The position numbers and the translations under genes are program-made. Shown in pieces: positions 36,221 through 49,754 of a stretch of 64,000 nucleotides of DNA. The notes below the pieces were generated by a model. The model did not search any database, was not told where the DNA came from, and saw nothing but the letters and a program-made list of their open reading frames with translations. Source of the DNA: Ylistrum balloti (Eukaryota); assembly GCF_031769215.1 (NCBI RefSeq), contig NW_026781957.1, positions 496,001 to 560,000 on the forward strand. The letters are read 5' to 3'. Each line of letters begins with the position of its first letter. The stretch's first letter is position 1.

Positions 36221-38416
36221 ACATAAACATCTACCAACTTATGAGCACTCCAGATAACAAGTTGTAATCTACATATTAGCACATTATAGTTGAATGAATC
36301 TCTACCTACTTACATACCTATTTTATCTGAAAACAATAAGTGATTATTTTACTAGTCTACCTAATTAGGTACATCCTTATAAGGTGAATTTCCATTACTT
36401 TAGTCGTTTCCATATTTTACTGACTTCGATGTTACCGCTACAGACAAAATATCTGTATTTACGCCTAAATTAGACTTAATAATTACAATAGCTCTCGCAG
36501 TATAGATGTACAGTGGTCATGGTTATTTATTGTTGTCATGGTAATATGTGTACTTCTTAAACATATATAAAAATACAAACACTCTCATCAAATTTGTGAC
36601 GATACATATATGTATGAACTGTATTCAAATTTATCAAAAAGTTTTTTAAATACATATTGAATACTGCACAAATGGTTTAAAGCCCTCTTCTCTATTGAAG
36701 TTTCATACATCATGTATATAAAATAACCCAGAACTATCTATTTCTCAGAATCTGCAAATATATACCAAGTGTCTAGAATAATTAATATACAAACTTTGTT
36801 CTCATTCAGTGTACATCCTCTGTGATAGTTATACAGTATCAATTCAGTCTATGAAGTTCAAGAACAACAATTAAAGGGTATATCCTACACATATGCTCTC
36901 TTTTCGGTCTAAATGACCTTTACCAATACCAAGTAATTAAAAAGATATTGGTGAATATATAAGTAAAGGTAATTCAAAAATATATACGACATGTCGTAAA
37001 TTGATCTAGTTCAAATGACCCCACCCCCTTTAAAGATATTAAACTCTAACTCCTTTTTTTCGATAAAAAAAATTCCAAAATACATCTTCGACTAAATAAT
37101 ATCCCTCCTTACATGTTTAGTATCTTTTAAAGTAATCAATCTGTCTTTTCTACATAAATATAACTATATACAACATTTTTTTAATAAATCAGTTTCCACT
37201 TAACACGATTGTGCGTGCAATAACGTTCCTCTCTTCATTCGTCCTAACTAAAAACTCACATCATTATTCACACACGACCAAACAGGATTTAAACACTGGC
37301 CTTGTGGGAAATCTTGTACTCCTATACTATACTAAGTACTCGTTAACATTACAATAATAACGGTAGAACTGCTATCTGCTGTAATTGTTTCATTGCTGTA
37401 GAGTGGTTGAACACATCTTTAAGCGAAATTACTAATTTGGTAGAATTTAATGTTTAACAAAGCCCCCAATGATTATTGTTTCTATTCAGCACTAAATCAA
37501 TATCTTGTATCGGACAGACATAGATCAAAGAGAATGGCACCCTTTCTTGTATGACAAACATTAAGGATTGAAATGAAAATGGTATTGTATATTTGACAGA
37601 AATAGAAGTATAAAAGCGAACTCGTAAACACTATTCCTACCGAACTGATGTTTCTGTCTTCTACTTTAATACCACACTCCCGTGTGCATTTGTTTTTATA
37701 TCTCCATTTTACATTAAAAACATCTTATTATCATCGTGTAATTTGCAAAAGAAGCGAAAAAACCTATTGTCTGGTAGAAAAATATAGCTTACATTACAGA
37801 ACATCAAACTTTCAGGGAAACTATCAGGGTTATTCCCCTTGAATACGAAATAAATAAACTAAACATATTTTATACGGCGGTACATTATCTAGAAAAGTGG
37901 AGAAAACTCCTTTGACGTAGATTTATAAAACTGCTATTTGTTCAAGGTTGGAAGACATCTTACATGAAATACAATAGGGATGATATGATGGAACGTTTCA
38001 ATTGTTATTAAAAATGAAGTATGCCAAGAAAACAGGAGGAACAAAGTTCTCAATCTGCTTGATCGTAGATCACATGTAACAGTATAACGAAGACACAATG
38101 TTTACAAAATATAACTGTTTGTATATATCAGATCTGATAATGTATTCACTTCTTTAAAACGCTTTCCTGCATGGCCATTGAAGTTCTGACGTCTGAAGCA
38201 GACTCTGATTATTTTAGGTACGTTATAGGCACCGTTATAAAGCTTAAGTATGGACCCTAACTTGCATAATCATATGGATTCAGAGCTACCTGTTTTAACG
38301 GTAGTGATGGCCTGGTTAAAATCATGCACTTTCACACAAGATCAAGCGGTTAAGGTCGTAGAGCTATTATGCTATGCTACAAACATATTTGGATGAAACT
38401 TTCATGTTGTTCTGTG

Positions 38417-39195
38417 TTACACACGAGATATCTTCTCAACTGACTGTGTCGCCTCCATGGCTGTTTGGTTATACAAACGTTTTTGTTTTTTCTTAAGCGA
38501 CGCAAATTGCGACTTCCGGTCCCGTTCTTGCATTTCCCCGAATGGTGATCCCGGATCTGACATACTGAACACTGGGGAGTCATCATTTAGAGTCACATTG
38601 TTTTCGCACGCTAAAAGATTAAGAAGAGCGTGGTCAGAACCTGTTGGAGAGTTACCAACAGGCGGAGAACCATTTGTCACGTGACTCGTTCCCATTCTTG
38701 GGTAGCCATTTGGCAATTGATATTGTTTTAAATTAGGGATGCCCTCGTCTCTTGGTGGTAACTGTGGACGGTAGTCAGAGGTACTGGATTCCTGCCTCGG
38801 AGACGGCGTATTTGCTACAGTCTCTCTGTTTCTGTACCTAACAGGAGACACATTTCTTCTTTGGTCATTTCGGTTCTGATCGTATCCCTCAGACATTGGA
38901 GTCTGCTGTCTGTACAGCTGTTCACTACTGTTAGACCCTGTAGCCGGGTGTAAGTAGGGGTCAGAGAAAGCTCTGTTCACCTGACCCTTTTGTCCATTAG
39001 AAATAACACCCTTCGATTCACCATTATGTTTTGACACCGGTCCCATATATTTGATGTCAGTATTCATCCCCTGCGGATTGACGAATTGAATGTCAGAAGG
39101 CGGCTTAGTAACGTGACTGACGCCTCCTCCAGAGGGTTCACTGGGCGTGTTGTAGTACCGTTTGAACGGTTTTGATGGACTTGGGCCATCCGATT
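38417..39195 (-). CDS. Tandem-VFT single-pass receptor, exon 7 of 7 (cytoplasmic tail and stop)
   Basis: Acceptor ttttcag| (phase 1), then (E)SDGPSPSKPF…VEKISRV*. Ser/Pro/Asn-rich and disordered, with no further TM segments. Confidence 0.82.
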
Positions 39196-39609
39196 CTGAA
39201 AATGCAAAGAAAATAGTAACCCCAAGTTGGTATGTCACATTAAAACTTCACTTATTGTAAAATGACATTATAATTCACAACTTGTTGAGTTCCTTAAATT
39301 GACGTCCAATTAAAGTGGAACAATTCACCGATGTTTTACTAAATTTGAAAAGTATACACTCTCAATATTTTTATATTTAGCTTTGAAACTTTGATAAAAT
39401 GTCAAGATAAAGTTATCTATACAACATGCACACATGTATACAAAGTTAATATCTAAACTGATAAGCTAACAAAGAAGGGCTGGTATTTCATGTCTCTATG
39501 CAAACATTAAAATCTTAGACTTATACACCTTTTCGTCTCGTTTTAATTGGTTTTGCAACACTATAAACTAACATCATATTTACACATGTAAATATTCCAT
39601 GTAACGTAC

Positions 39610-39898
39610 CTCGTCGTAATTTGCAGAAACAGACAATGACGATGAGTAGGAGGATGATAAGGAGGAGACACGACGATGAAACGACAGCGATGATGATGAT
39701 GGTTGATGTCTGATACTCGGTTACAGGTTGAACTTTTGGCGCTGGTGTCGTCACTTCCGTTGTGGGAGACGTGCTCGACATAAAACATGCACAAGATGAG
39801 ACACATGGAGCAGTTACTTCTTTCTCTGAACCGTCATTGTTGTAAAACTTCATTAAGTTCTTGTTGAGTTCTAGTCGTCCAGGTTTGTAAGTCCCAAC
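39610..39898 (-). CDS. Tandem-VFT single-pass receptor, exon 6 (Cys remnant, Thr-rich stalk, TM)
   Basis: Acceptor gacag| (phase 0), VGTYKPGRLELNK…PCVSSCAC…TSPTTEVTTPAP…TIIIIAVVSSSCLLLIILLLIVIVCFCKLRR, donor G|gtacgt. 289 nt. Confidence 0.87.
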
Positions 39899-40550
39899 CT
39901 GTCAATACATTATCACCCATAATTACGTTACTTAGTGTAACGGCATGAAGACAATGTATACAACATTACTGACTAGATAAAAACATCAACGTGACAACAG
40001 AATCATAATACAAAATATTAAAAAGTCATACGGAACCTCATGAAAAAAGTACAAGGAGAATAAGACCAGCGTTTCGGATGAGTTAGCGTCTTCTGTTCTG
40101 TCGACAAAATGAAGCTAAACCAAAAATTATAACGCTTGTCTTTATAACTTGATATCTGTAAATATATTTTCCAATAGAAACTCTATGTAAATGTTCTGTA
40201 TCGTAACAAATAGACTGAAAAAATGGACCTTGACACAATATCCGAAGGATAAATATCACAAAAATCAGGAATTCGTCAATAAAGGACCTGTGTTGTCTGA
40301 AAAATGGACTCCATTATGTTTAAAGTGCATTTACTGGTGTTATTTTGTGAAAGTAAAATATACAAATAGAGCCCACATTTTCTCACTCTACAAATTGTGG
40401 AAGAGTCCTGTGCTGTTTTGTGGTTTTTAAATTCAAGCTGAAAATGACCGAACAGAAGTAACTTTAGGTGAGGAACATAATTCGACACCTTCATACGAGG
40501 CTGAATTTAGCATATTGATACAAACCATATAAGATTCTAGTAATTCTCAC

Positions 40551-42002
40551 CTCTATATAATCGTATACATCCGGACCAACTGCCTGAAGGTTAAGGATTG
40601 TGAATCCCATATTTCCATTGCGTTCATCGTCAAAGACGGAGAATATTTCGCTCTCCGATCGTAGTACAGCGCCGTTGATTTTTTCCACGATACCCTTTGG
40701 GTGTTCCTTGAGGTAATTACAGCCCCGTAGGTTGTCCTGTGGACATCGGTCCTTCACTCCGTTAAGTCCTAGTCCCAGGGCGTACACTGCATTCATCGTG
40801 TGTATCACTCGTTGGTCATCTACGAAGTTAGATATGTCCTGTTCAGAGAATTGTACGTCCTTGTCACATGTTTTCCCGATCCTTTTATCGAAGTTTCCCT
40901 CGGGATCACACTTAAAATACTCTCTCCAGTATTCTCGATACCATGTATTTGTATCCTCCAAATCCGGCGTTCTATTTTTAAGATAGGTTTCGAATCCGAT
41001 GTCAGCGGATTTTATTTCAAACTTGAAGCTGATAGCCCCTTTAGCGACACTTCCGAGGTTCGACATAATGTTGATACTATCCCCCCAGTCCTCGCTGGCT
41101 AGGAACACAAAATCATACTTTAACGAATTCTGTTTCACTCGTCTTTTCATTTCCGTCAACAGATCGACAATTCTGCCCTCTGTTCCAAAGTATACGATAA
41201 CTTCTTCGCCGTTTTTCTTTATATCTAAAGATATTTGATAGAGCTCGCCCTGATTTCCCGACTCTGAGAGCTCTATAGGATCTGTCACACATATTCCGCT
41301 GGAATTTGCCTTCTCTATGAACAGAGACTTACCTTTGCTCCCATAGTTATTGTTAACGTATATCATACCTACTCGTTTCCAACCCATATGCTCTATAATT
41401 TTAACCATGGCTCCTACTTGTGTGACGTCGCTCGGAACTGTCCTTAAAAAGTAAGGATAATTGATGACGTCATCAAGATCTGGAGACGAAGAAGCGTAAG
41501 ATACGGATGGCAGTTTCAAACGAGTGAAAAGAAGTGTCAATGGGACAGTTACACCACTCGGATAAGGTCCAATCACTCCCAACACCTTTGTAGGGTCGAT
41601 AGTTTCTCCAGCGGGGCCAAACGTTAGTCTACTGCTACCAGACAGAAACTGAGTGACTATCAGACTGCCCACTGTGGAACTGTAACAGTCATCGAAAGCC
41701 AGACCGCCAAATTTGATGCCAGTCATATTCCGAAGTCGGTGTATGGCGTGGAAAAACGATTCCTGAACTATCACATCTACGGAGTAATTTCTAAATTTTC
41801 CACATGAAAATGCATGTTCGTCGTCCAATGGATCATGCATAGAAAACATTCCCAACAACAGCACATCACCATCGACGTATCTGTAAGGTATGGGTGGTAG
41901 GGAAGTACAATTGGAGCAGTTACTAGCACAGGACGAAAGCTGCTGGTGACTGGCGATGAGTGACGAATTTAGTGACAGACTGTTGTTCTTGTAGGTTCCC
42001 AC
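40551..42002 (-). CDS. Tandem-VFT single-pass receptor, exon 5 (linker and entire second Venus flytrap domain)
   Basis: Acceptor ttctccag| and donor GAG|gtgaga, 1452 nt, phase 0/0. mGluR-like motifs: GDVLLLGMFSMH, FDDC, VIGPYPS, VSYASSSPDL.D..YPYFLRTVPSD, MGW..VGMIY..NNYG, ASEDWG, WYREYW..YF.C, AVYALG.GL. Confidence 0.93.
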
Positions 42003-42410
42003 CTGGAGAAGTGAAGAAAGAGTCTGTTAGTCATACATTAGAAAGCAGCCAGCTTACAATAAATATTTTGGTATACATAGAATAACAAACTATCTTATTG
42101 AATGTAATTTACGTTGCTATCACAATTTTTTGGTTATTGGTGGTCAGTATACAAGCTAGAACTTAAATACCGTATAACGGATTTTTTTTCGAGAGGATGC
42201 TATTTTCGCTATTTTGGTGTACATTAAAGTGATTGCGAAAATCGCAGTCCTTGAAATTATGAAACCCTTGTGTATCAGATATCCTTTTACAACTAGATCG
42301 CGAAAGTTTGATTTGTTTGATTCGTTAAAACATAATTCAATCATTGTTTTTAAAAATATCGCGAAAATTCTGACTCGTGTAAATTACCATCAATACAGTA
42401 TATTCGTTGT

Positions 42411-43835
42411 CATCAAACAGCTTGCCTATCATGTCCGCCGAACTAGCACTCAAGCTAGGCAGTATTTAGTCATCATCAAACAGCTTGCCTATCATGTCCG
42501 CCGAACTAGCACTCAAGCTAGGCAGTATTTAGTCATCATCAAACAGCTTGCCTATCACGTCCGCCGAACTAGCACTCAAGCTAGGCAGTATTTAGTTGTC
42601 ATCAAACAACTTGTCTATCATATCCGCCGAACTAGCACTCAAACTAGGCAGTATTTAGTCATCATCAAACAACTTGCCTATCACGTCCGCCGAACTAGCA
42701 CTCAAGCTAGGCAGTATTTAGTCATCATCAAACAACTTGCCCATCATATCCGCCGAAATAGCACTCAAGCTAGGCAGTATTTAGTTGTCATCAAACAACT
42801 TGCCCATCATATCCGCCGAACTACCACTCAAGCTAGTCAGTATTTAGTCATCATCAAACAACTTGCCCATCATATCCGCCGAACTACCACTCAAGCTAGG
42901 CAGTATTTAGTCATCATCAAACAGCTTGCCTATCACGTCCGCCGAACTAGCACTCAAGCTAGGCAGTATTTAGTTGTCATCAAACAACTTGTCTATCATA
43001 TCCGCCGAACTAGCACTCAAACTAGGCAGTATTTAGTCATCATCAAACAACTTGCCTATCACGTCCGCCGAACTAGCACTCAAGCTAGGCAGTATTTAGT
43101 CATCATCAAACAACTTGCCCATCATATCCGCCGAAATAGCACTCAAGCTAGGCAGTATTTAGTTGTCATCAAACAACTTGCCCATCATATCCGCCGAACT
43201 ACCACTCAAGCTAGTCAGTATTTAGTCATCATCAAACAACTTGCCCATCATATCCGCCGAACTACCACTCAAGCTAGGCAGTATTTAGTCATCATCAAAC
43301 AACTTGCCCATCATATCCGCCGAACTAGCACTCAATCTAGGCAGTATTTAGTTGTCATCAAACAACTTGCCCATCATATCCGCCGAACTAGCACTCAAGC
43401 TAGGCAGTATTTAGTTGTCATCAAACAACTTGCCCATCATGACCGCCGAACTAGCACTCAAGCTAGGCAGTATTTAGTTGTCATCAAACAACTTGCCCAT
43501 CATGACCGCCGAACTAGCACTCAAGCTAGGCTGTTTCTAGTCATCATCAAACAACTTGCCTATCACGTCCGTCGAACTACCACTCAAGCTAGGCAGTATT
43601 TAGTTGTCATTAAACAACTTGCCCATCATATCCGCCGAACTACCACTCAAGCTAGGCAGTATTTAGTTGTCATCAAACAACTTGTCTATCATATCCGCCG
43701 AACTACCACTCAAGCTAGGCAGTATTTAGTTGTCATCAAACAACTTGCCCATCATGACCGCCGAACTAGCACTCAAGCTAGGCTGTTTCTAGTCATCATC
43801 AAACAACTTGCCCATCATTACCGCCGAACTAGTAC
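42411..43835. repeat. 63-bp intronic tandem repeat, ~22 copies, with a 378-bp higher-order duplication
   Basis: Unit CATCAAACAGCTTGCCTATCATGTCCGCCGAACTAGCACTCAAGCTAGGCAGTATTTAGTCAT. The same variant block recurs at 42598 and 42976. Lies in intron 4 of the receptor gene. Confidence 0.95.
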
Positions 43836-44230
43836 TAATAGTTGTCATTAAATGTAGGTAAGCGATCACAAGTGTATTTGTGCTGCTAACGAATTTGTGA
43901 CAGCAAAGCTTTTGTTCTGCTGATATTATCTGGACCAGAATAGGCAACAGGTTTCTAACACAGACAAAATATGCACTTTTTCACGTTTTTAGTCTGAGTT
44001 GAGAAATAAATACATCGTTACCTACTGAAGTGTTTAATGTTCGTGGTTTTCCCGTTCATTTCGTGGGTATACTATCAACGAATTGATCACGAACTGTTAA
44101 TTAATATCAGCAGATTAACTGAGTCGTAAAGTCAAGTATCCATAAAATTATTTAAAAAATGATCCCCACAAAATTTTCTGATTCAAAAGTACCTACTGAT
44201 AGTATTTAAACACCATTTTCCAGAACTTAC

Positions 44231-45109
44231 CTTTACAAATGACTTCCTGGTAACATTATACATATTTATATCATAAAGTGGACTTGACCTGTCGGGGAGT
44301 ATGTTACCATGGGAATCGAATCGAACCTGTCGCCCTAAGTCAATAAGTTCCTTAGGTCCGGCAGTGTAGCTTAAATTACTGTAATCCACGCTAGTATTCT
44401 TCATAATGTTAAGGAACTCACTGTCCAAATAACCTTCAAATTTGTCACAAATAACAGTGTAATTTCTACATTTCTTGAACATGGCTTGTTTCAGAGCTGT
44501 CGCGATGACATACACAGCGTCAACGATTGGCATGATAAAGTCGTTTCTCCACTCAATCTTTGTAGTCGGGTTATGCGTCCTGTATTCAGCGATCAGTCTA
44601 TCCACAGAAGATGATGTGTTAGTAACGGTCGACGATGCATCCCACTTCTCCTCAAAAAATTGTCGTGCTTCTTGTATTAACACCGATGACGTCGACACCG
44701 TTATGGTACCGTCAGACACGTGATCAGCGTCATTAAACACCTCAACGCTAGTACCCACAAAGTCAGACATTATCCAGTGAAAGTCTCTATACATTTCATT
44801 GTTATTGAAAAGCTGGTTCAGTCTTATCAACAAAATTTCAATGACGTTCTTTTGACCGAAGTACACGATGCCGAGTTTTCGATCCTTTGCCAAACTCTTC
44901 TGATGTAAGAGAGCTTGAAAAAAGTTCTCGAGTTTGACGATTTCAGCGAAGTTCTCAGTTGCATTTATTGCCTGAACCACGTCAACACATATGCCGTTTT
45001 CTCTAGCCAGTTGTAGTATCTTCTCCATGCCACTTAACCCGTAGTTGTCATTGGTGTGAAGGGCAGCAATGTACGTCCATTTCAAATCCTTTAACAACTG
45101 TATCACCAC
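44231..45109 (-). CDS. Tandem-VFT single-pass receptor, exon 4 (first VFT, main part)
   Basis: Acceptor cctaacag| and donor AAG|gtaagt, 879 nt, phase 0/0. LKWTYIAALHTNDNYG, ICV, WIMSDFVG, VDAVYVIA.AL, RFDSHGN, YDI. Confidence 0.92.
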
Positions 45110-45314
45110 CTGTTAGGAGACAAAGGATATTTCATTATTATCGAGACATTTTCAGCAGGTTAAAATCTCAGATGTTTCTTTACATGCCTTGGCATGTAAT
45201 ATTTTTTAATTCTGTTTAAGTACCATTACAAAAAAAACCACTGACATTGTTTATAACATATCCTTGTTGAAGTGAAATGGATATTTTAGGCAATTGATTG
45301 ATGTCTCTAATTAC

Positions 45315-45469
45315 CTGAACCTGGTCATTGTCAGCTGGGGTTGTTCGGAGAAAGTTCGGAAACTCAGCAAGTTCAGGAAGTGTTGCGAATGGGCTTATCA
45401 CTGGAATGTTACTTCCCAACATTTTTAGCACGTTGTATGTGGTATGACTACGAGATGTTCCGAGAACAC
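45315..45469 (-). CDS. Tandem-VFT single-pass receptor, exon 3
   Basis: Acceptor ttgcag| (phase 1), (G)VLGTSRSHTTYNVLKMLGSNIPVISPFATLPELAEFPNFLRTTPADNDQVQ, donor |gtaatt (phase 0). 155 nt. Confidence 0.9.
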
Positions 45470-45794
45470 CTGCAACAAATATATGTCATTAAATAATATG
45501 TTTACAATTAGTGTTCCGAATGTTGACCCAACAAATTAAGATTAGATATAGCAGAGCCAAATAACAAAGAAGACTGCATCTTACAACTGTTTCTAACCCA
45601 GAAGGCGGAAAATCCAAAGTGATCGAAAGAAATATCAAAATGTAGGTGGAGAGAAAGTCTAAGATAGACTGATATAACTAGACGTTTGATATCATTAAAC
45701 AACCTTCTCATTGAAACAAAAATGACAGTTGGCGTGACACAAGCAAGGAACTTCACAGAGGTAACGTAATGATGGTGTCAATTTAACAACTTAC

Positions 45795-45923
45795 CAAGGA
45801 ACAGTTCGGAATCCCCGTCACCGTAACATTCACGGATATCTTCAGGGAATTTTGTACTCACAGCATCGAGGGCACCAAATGCACTGTATCGTTCTATACC
45901 GCAATCATCATACATATCAAACC
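45795..45923 (-). CDS. Tandem-VFT single-pass receptor, exon 2
   Basis: Acceptor ttttcag| and donor G|gtaagt, 129 nt, phase 1/1, (G)FDMYDDCGIERYSAFGALDAV…ELFL(G). Completes the NINIG-FDMYDDC motif, equivalent to mGluR NITLG.EIRDSC. Confidence 0.88.
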
Positions 45924-46909
45924 CTGAAAAAGAAAAACGTTTGTCAGATTGATCTAATGATTTACGGCACTAAATCCCCTAACCAAGAAAATCGTCAACT
46001 GCCTAACCAACTAGAACACCCAGACACCAGATAGTGATAACACACATCTCTGACCACGTTTATTTACTTCGATGATGTAAAGACTCGTAACAACTGACGA
46101 ACTGCTATGTTCATTAACAAAAAAAAAGGTTGGTTCGCCCTGATTTTTTTTCTTACGTAGATATTTTTGAAAGTTTTATAGGAAAATGATGCCTGGTTCC
46201 AATTCGTGTATATGATTTGGACAATGACATTGCTCTAGCGGTCACTTTTACCAACGACGCCGTTTTGTTTGTTTTGATGTTTATGTCCCCACAACAGGAA
46301 ATGTAATATGAAGACCCAGATGAAAAGTTTACACACGAACACTTCTAAAGTGTCATTACAATGGATTTCATAACCTGGACACAGCCGATAAGCAAGGAGC
46401 ACAAAATACCTCAATGGTTAATGTATGTCACGAGACGTACCCAAAAATCTTCAGCATAGTGACGGACGCTGAACTGACTTTGGGAAAGAGGTCGTTAAGA
46501 AGAGAAAATAAAAAGGTGCCAGGTCCAGACACCGTTAACGATCATACAATCAGGCTAGCGGTGTCTGTTGTTCTGTTGTTTTCGTTCGGGGGTTGGGGGG
46601 GGACACGTGATGAGTGCGATCTGCTCTATCTATTACGTAAGGGATACTAGCTATTTATCCTTTATAGAAAGAAGGTCCTAAATGTGCTCGGACAGAGGGA
46701 TATCTTGTGTTTGACGACCAGTGTGATAAACCAAATCGTCGGACATCACTGTAATGGTACGTAAATAGCAGTTTCTTTTTTATTTTCCTCTGAGTCATAA
46801 TCCTCACAATCACATCATGCGCTGTGTCTGAGCGTGGTAACATTATAGCCTTAGTTACGTAAGTATGTATCTTATGTGCTAATTGATAAACGTGCCACTG
46901 ATTCAACTC

Positions 46910-48880
46910 AGGTATACCAACACACGGGAGAGGTTATACCAACACACGGGACAGGGTATACCAACACACAAAGGAAGGGTATACTAACACACGGGAGAGG
47001 GTATACCAACACACGGGAGAGGGTATACCAACACACGGGAGAGGGTATACCAACACACAAAGGAAGGGTATACCAACACACGGGAGAGGGTAACCAAAAC
47101 TCGGGACAGGGTATACAAACACACGGGACAGGGTATACCAACACACGGGAGAGGGTATACCAACACACAAAGGAAGGGTATACCAACACACGGGAGAGGG
47201 TATACCAACACACAAAGGAAGGGTATACCAACACACAAAGGAAGGGTATACCAACACACGGGAGAGGGTAACCAAAACTCGGGACAGGGTATACAAACAC
47301 ACGGGACAGGGTATACCAACACACGGGAGAGGGTATACCAACACACAAAGGAAGGGTATACCAACACACGGGAGAGGGTATACCAACACACGGGAGAGGG
47401 TATACAAACACACGGGAGAGGGTATACCAACACACGGGAGAGGGTATACCAACACACAAAGGAAGGGTATACCAATACACGGGAGAGGGTATACCAACAC
47501 ACGGGACAGGGTATACCAACACACAAAGGAAAGGGTATACCAACACACGGGAGAGGGTAACCAGCACACGGGACAGGGTATACCAACACACGGGACAGGG
47601 TATACCAACACACGGGTGAGGGTATACAAACACACGGGAGAGGGTATACCAACACACGGGAGAGGGTATACATACACACGAGACAGGGTATACCAACACA
47701 CGGGACAGGGTATACCAACACACGGGTGAGGGTATACCAACACACGGGATAGGGTATACCAACACACGGGAGAGGGTATACCAACACACGGGACAGGGTA
47801 TACCAACACACGGGACAGGGTATACCAACACACGGGAGAGGGTAACCAACACACGGGACAGGGTATATCAACACACGAGACAGGGTATACCAACACACAA
47901 AGGAAAGGGTATACCAACACACGGGAGAGGGTATACCAACACACAAAGGAAAGGGTATACCAACACACGGGAGAGGGTAACCAGCACACGGGACAGGGTA
48001 TACCAACACACGGGACAGGGTATACCAACACACGGGTGAGGGTATACAAACACACGGGATAGGGTATACCAACACACGGGAGAGGGTATACCAACACGGG
48101 ACAGGGTATACCAACACACGGGACAGGGTATACCAACACACGGGTGAGGGTATACCAACACACGGGATAGGGTATACCAACACACGGGAGAGGGTATACC
48201 AACACACGGGACAGGGTATACCAACACACGGGAGAGGGTATACCAACACACGGGACAGGGTATATCAACACACGAGACAGGGTATACCAACACACAAAGG
48301 AAAGGGTATACAACACACGGGAGAGGGTAACCAAAACTCGGGACAGGGTATACAAACACACGGGACAGGGTATACCAACACACAAAGGAAAGGGTATACC
48401 AACACACGAGAGAGGGTATACCAACACACGGGACAGGGTATACCAACACACGGGAGAGGGTATACCAACACACGGGACAGGGTATATCAACACACGAGAC
48501 AGGGTATACCAACACACAAAGGAAAGGGTATACAACACACGGGAGAGGGTAACCAAAACTCGGGACAGGGTATACAAACACACGGGACAGGGTATACCAA
48601 CACACAAAGGAAAGGGTATACCAACACACGAGAGAGGGTATACAAACACACGGGACAGGGTATACAAACACACGGGATAGGGTATACCAACACACGGGAG
48701 AGGGTATACAAACACACGGGATAGGGTATACTAACACACGGGAGAGGGTATACCAACACACGGGATAGGGTATACCAACACACGGGAGAGGGTATACAAA
48801 CACACGGGATAGGGTATACCAACACACGGGAGAGGGTAAACAAACACACGGGATAGGGTATACCAACACACGGGAGAGTT
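46910..48880. repeat. 22-bp minisatellite, ~2 kb (~90 units), intron 1 of the receptor gene
   Basis: Unit GGGTATACCAACACACGGGAGA, with ACA/ATA/TGA and AAAGGAA variants. Source of the VLVYP/CVGIP ORFs. Confidence 0.96.
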
Positions 48881-49754
48881 GTAGGTACCTTAATCCATAC
48901 TGAGCCTCAACAGGCAGTGTTGATAGGTTATACCTTTCTGTATGTATTTTAGTCTATAGAACATTTATTTTCAATTCTAGTAAGTATGAAGTTTATATCA
49001 TTGACATGGATGTCGGTCTAGACATAGAACATCTGTGACAATGATATGTATTCGACCGACTACATCACGGTATAGGTGCGGACGTCCACTTTAACCTTCA
49101 GAATACGAAAGTCACAGTAAGGAATTGAATTAGGGGTATTGTCGTGTGAACATAAAACACGCACAATTTGAGTAAACAATCACGAAGAAATTTCGTGAGT
49201 GGCAGTTTATCATTATTGTATGGTTGTAAAACATTTTAAAGTTACGGTAATGTAGATATTTTAAATACTCTTTGATCTGAAGCGCTGATTGATGTTTTTC
49301 ACTTGTCGGTCATTAAATTTCGCAGTACCCGTAAAAAGTACAATGACCTTTTTCTTTGTTGTGTCGACCTGTGCTGTAAGGGACTCGTGAAAAGAAGTGA
49401 CAACATTTCCGAAGAACTTATGAACCTGATTGAATAGTCAATGGAAGTATTATCCGTCTCGTGTATAGGTCCAAATTGTCCTCTTAATCCACTAGTGAGT
49501 GTCACTGCGGTAGTGTGTATATCTATCAGTCCTGGTAATAATGGAAAAGATAAACACTTAGACAACTATAAATAGAAATAGCAGTGTAGAGATACGTGTG
49601 GTGATTAATTTAACGTTACCCTACCGGAAAATTGATTTTAATCGTTAATGAAATGCACGTGTTTAAACCTCATTTCATGTAATTAGATATATATTTCACC
49701 GCCATCATATAACATCCTATCAAACCGAAACCGATGATGTATGACAAATTATAG

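Noticed and set aside
46414-46650. 78-aa + strand ORF with a GKR site, suggestive of a neuropeptide precursor
   Set aside because: No signal peptide or repeated peptide units; short, antisense and intronic; GKR is expected by chance.
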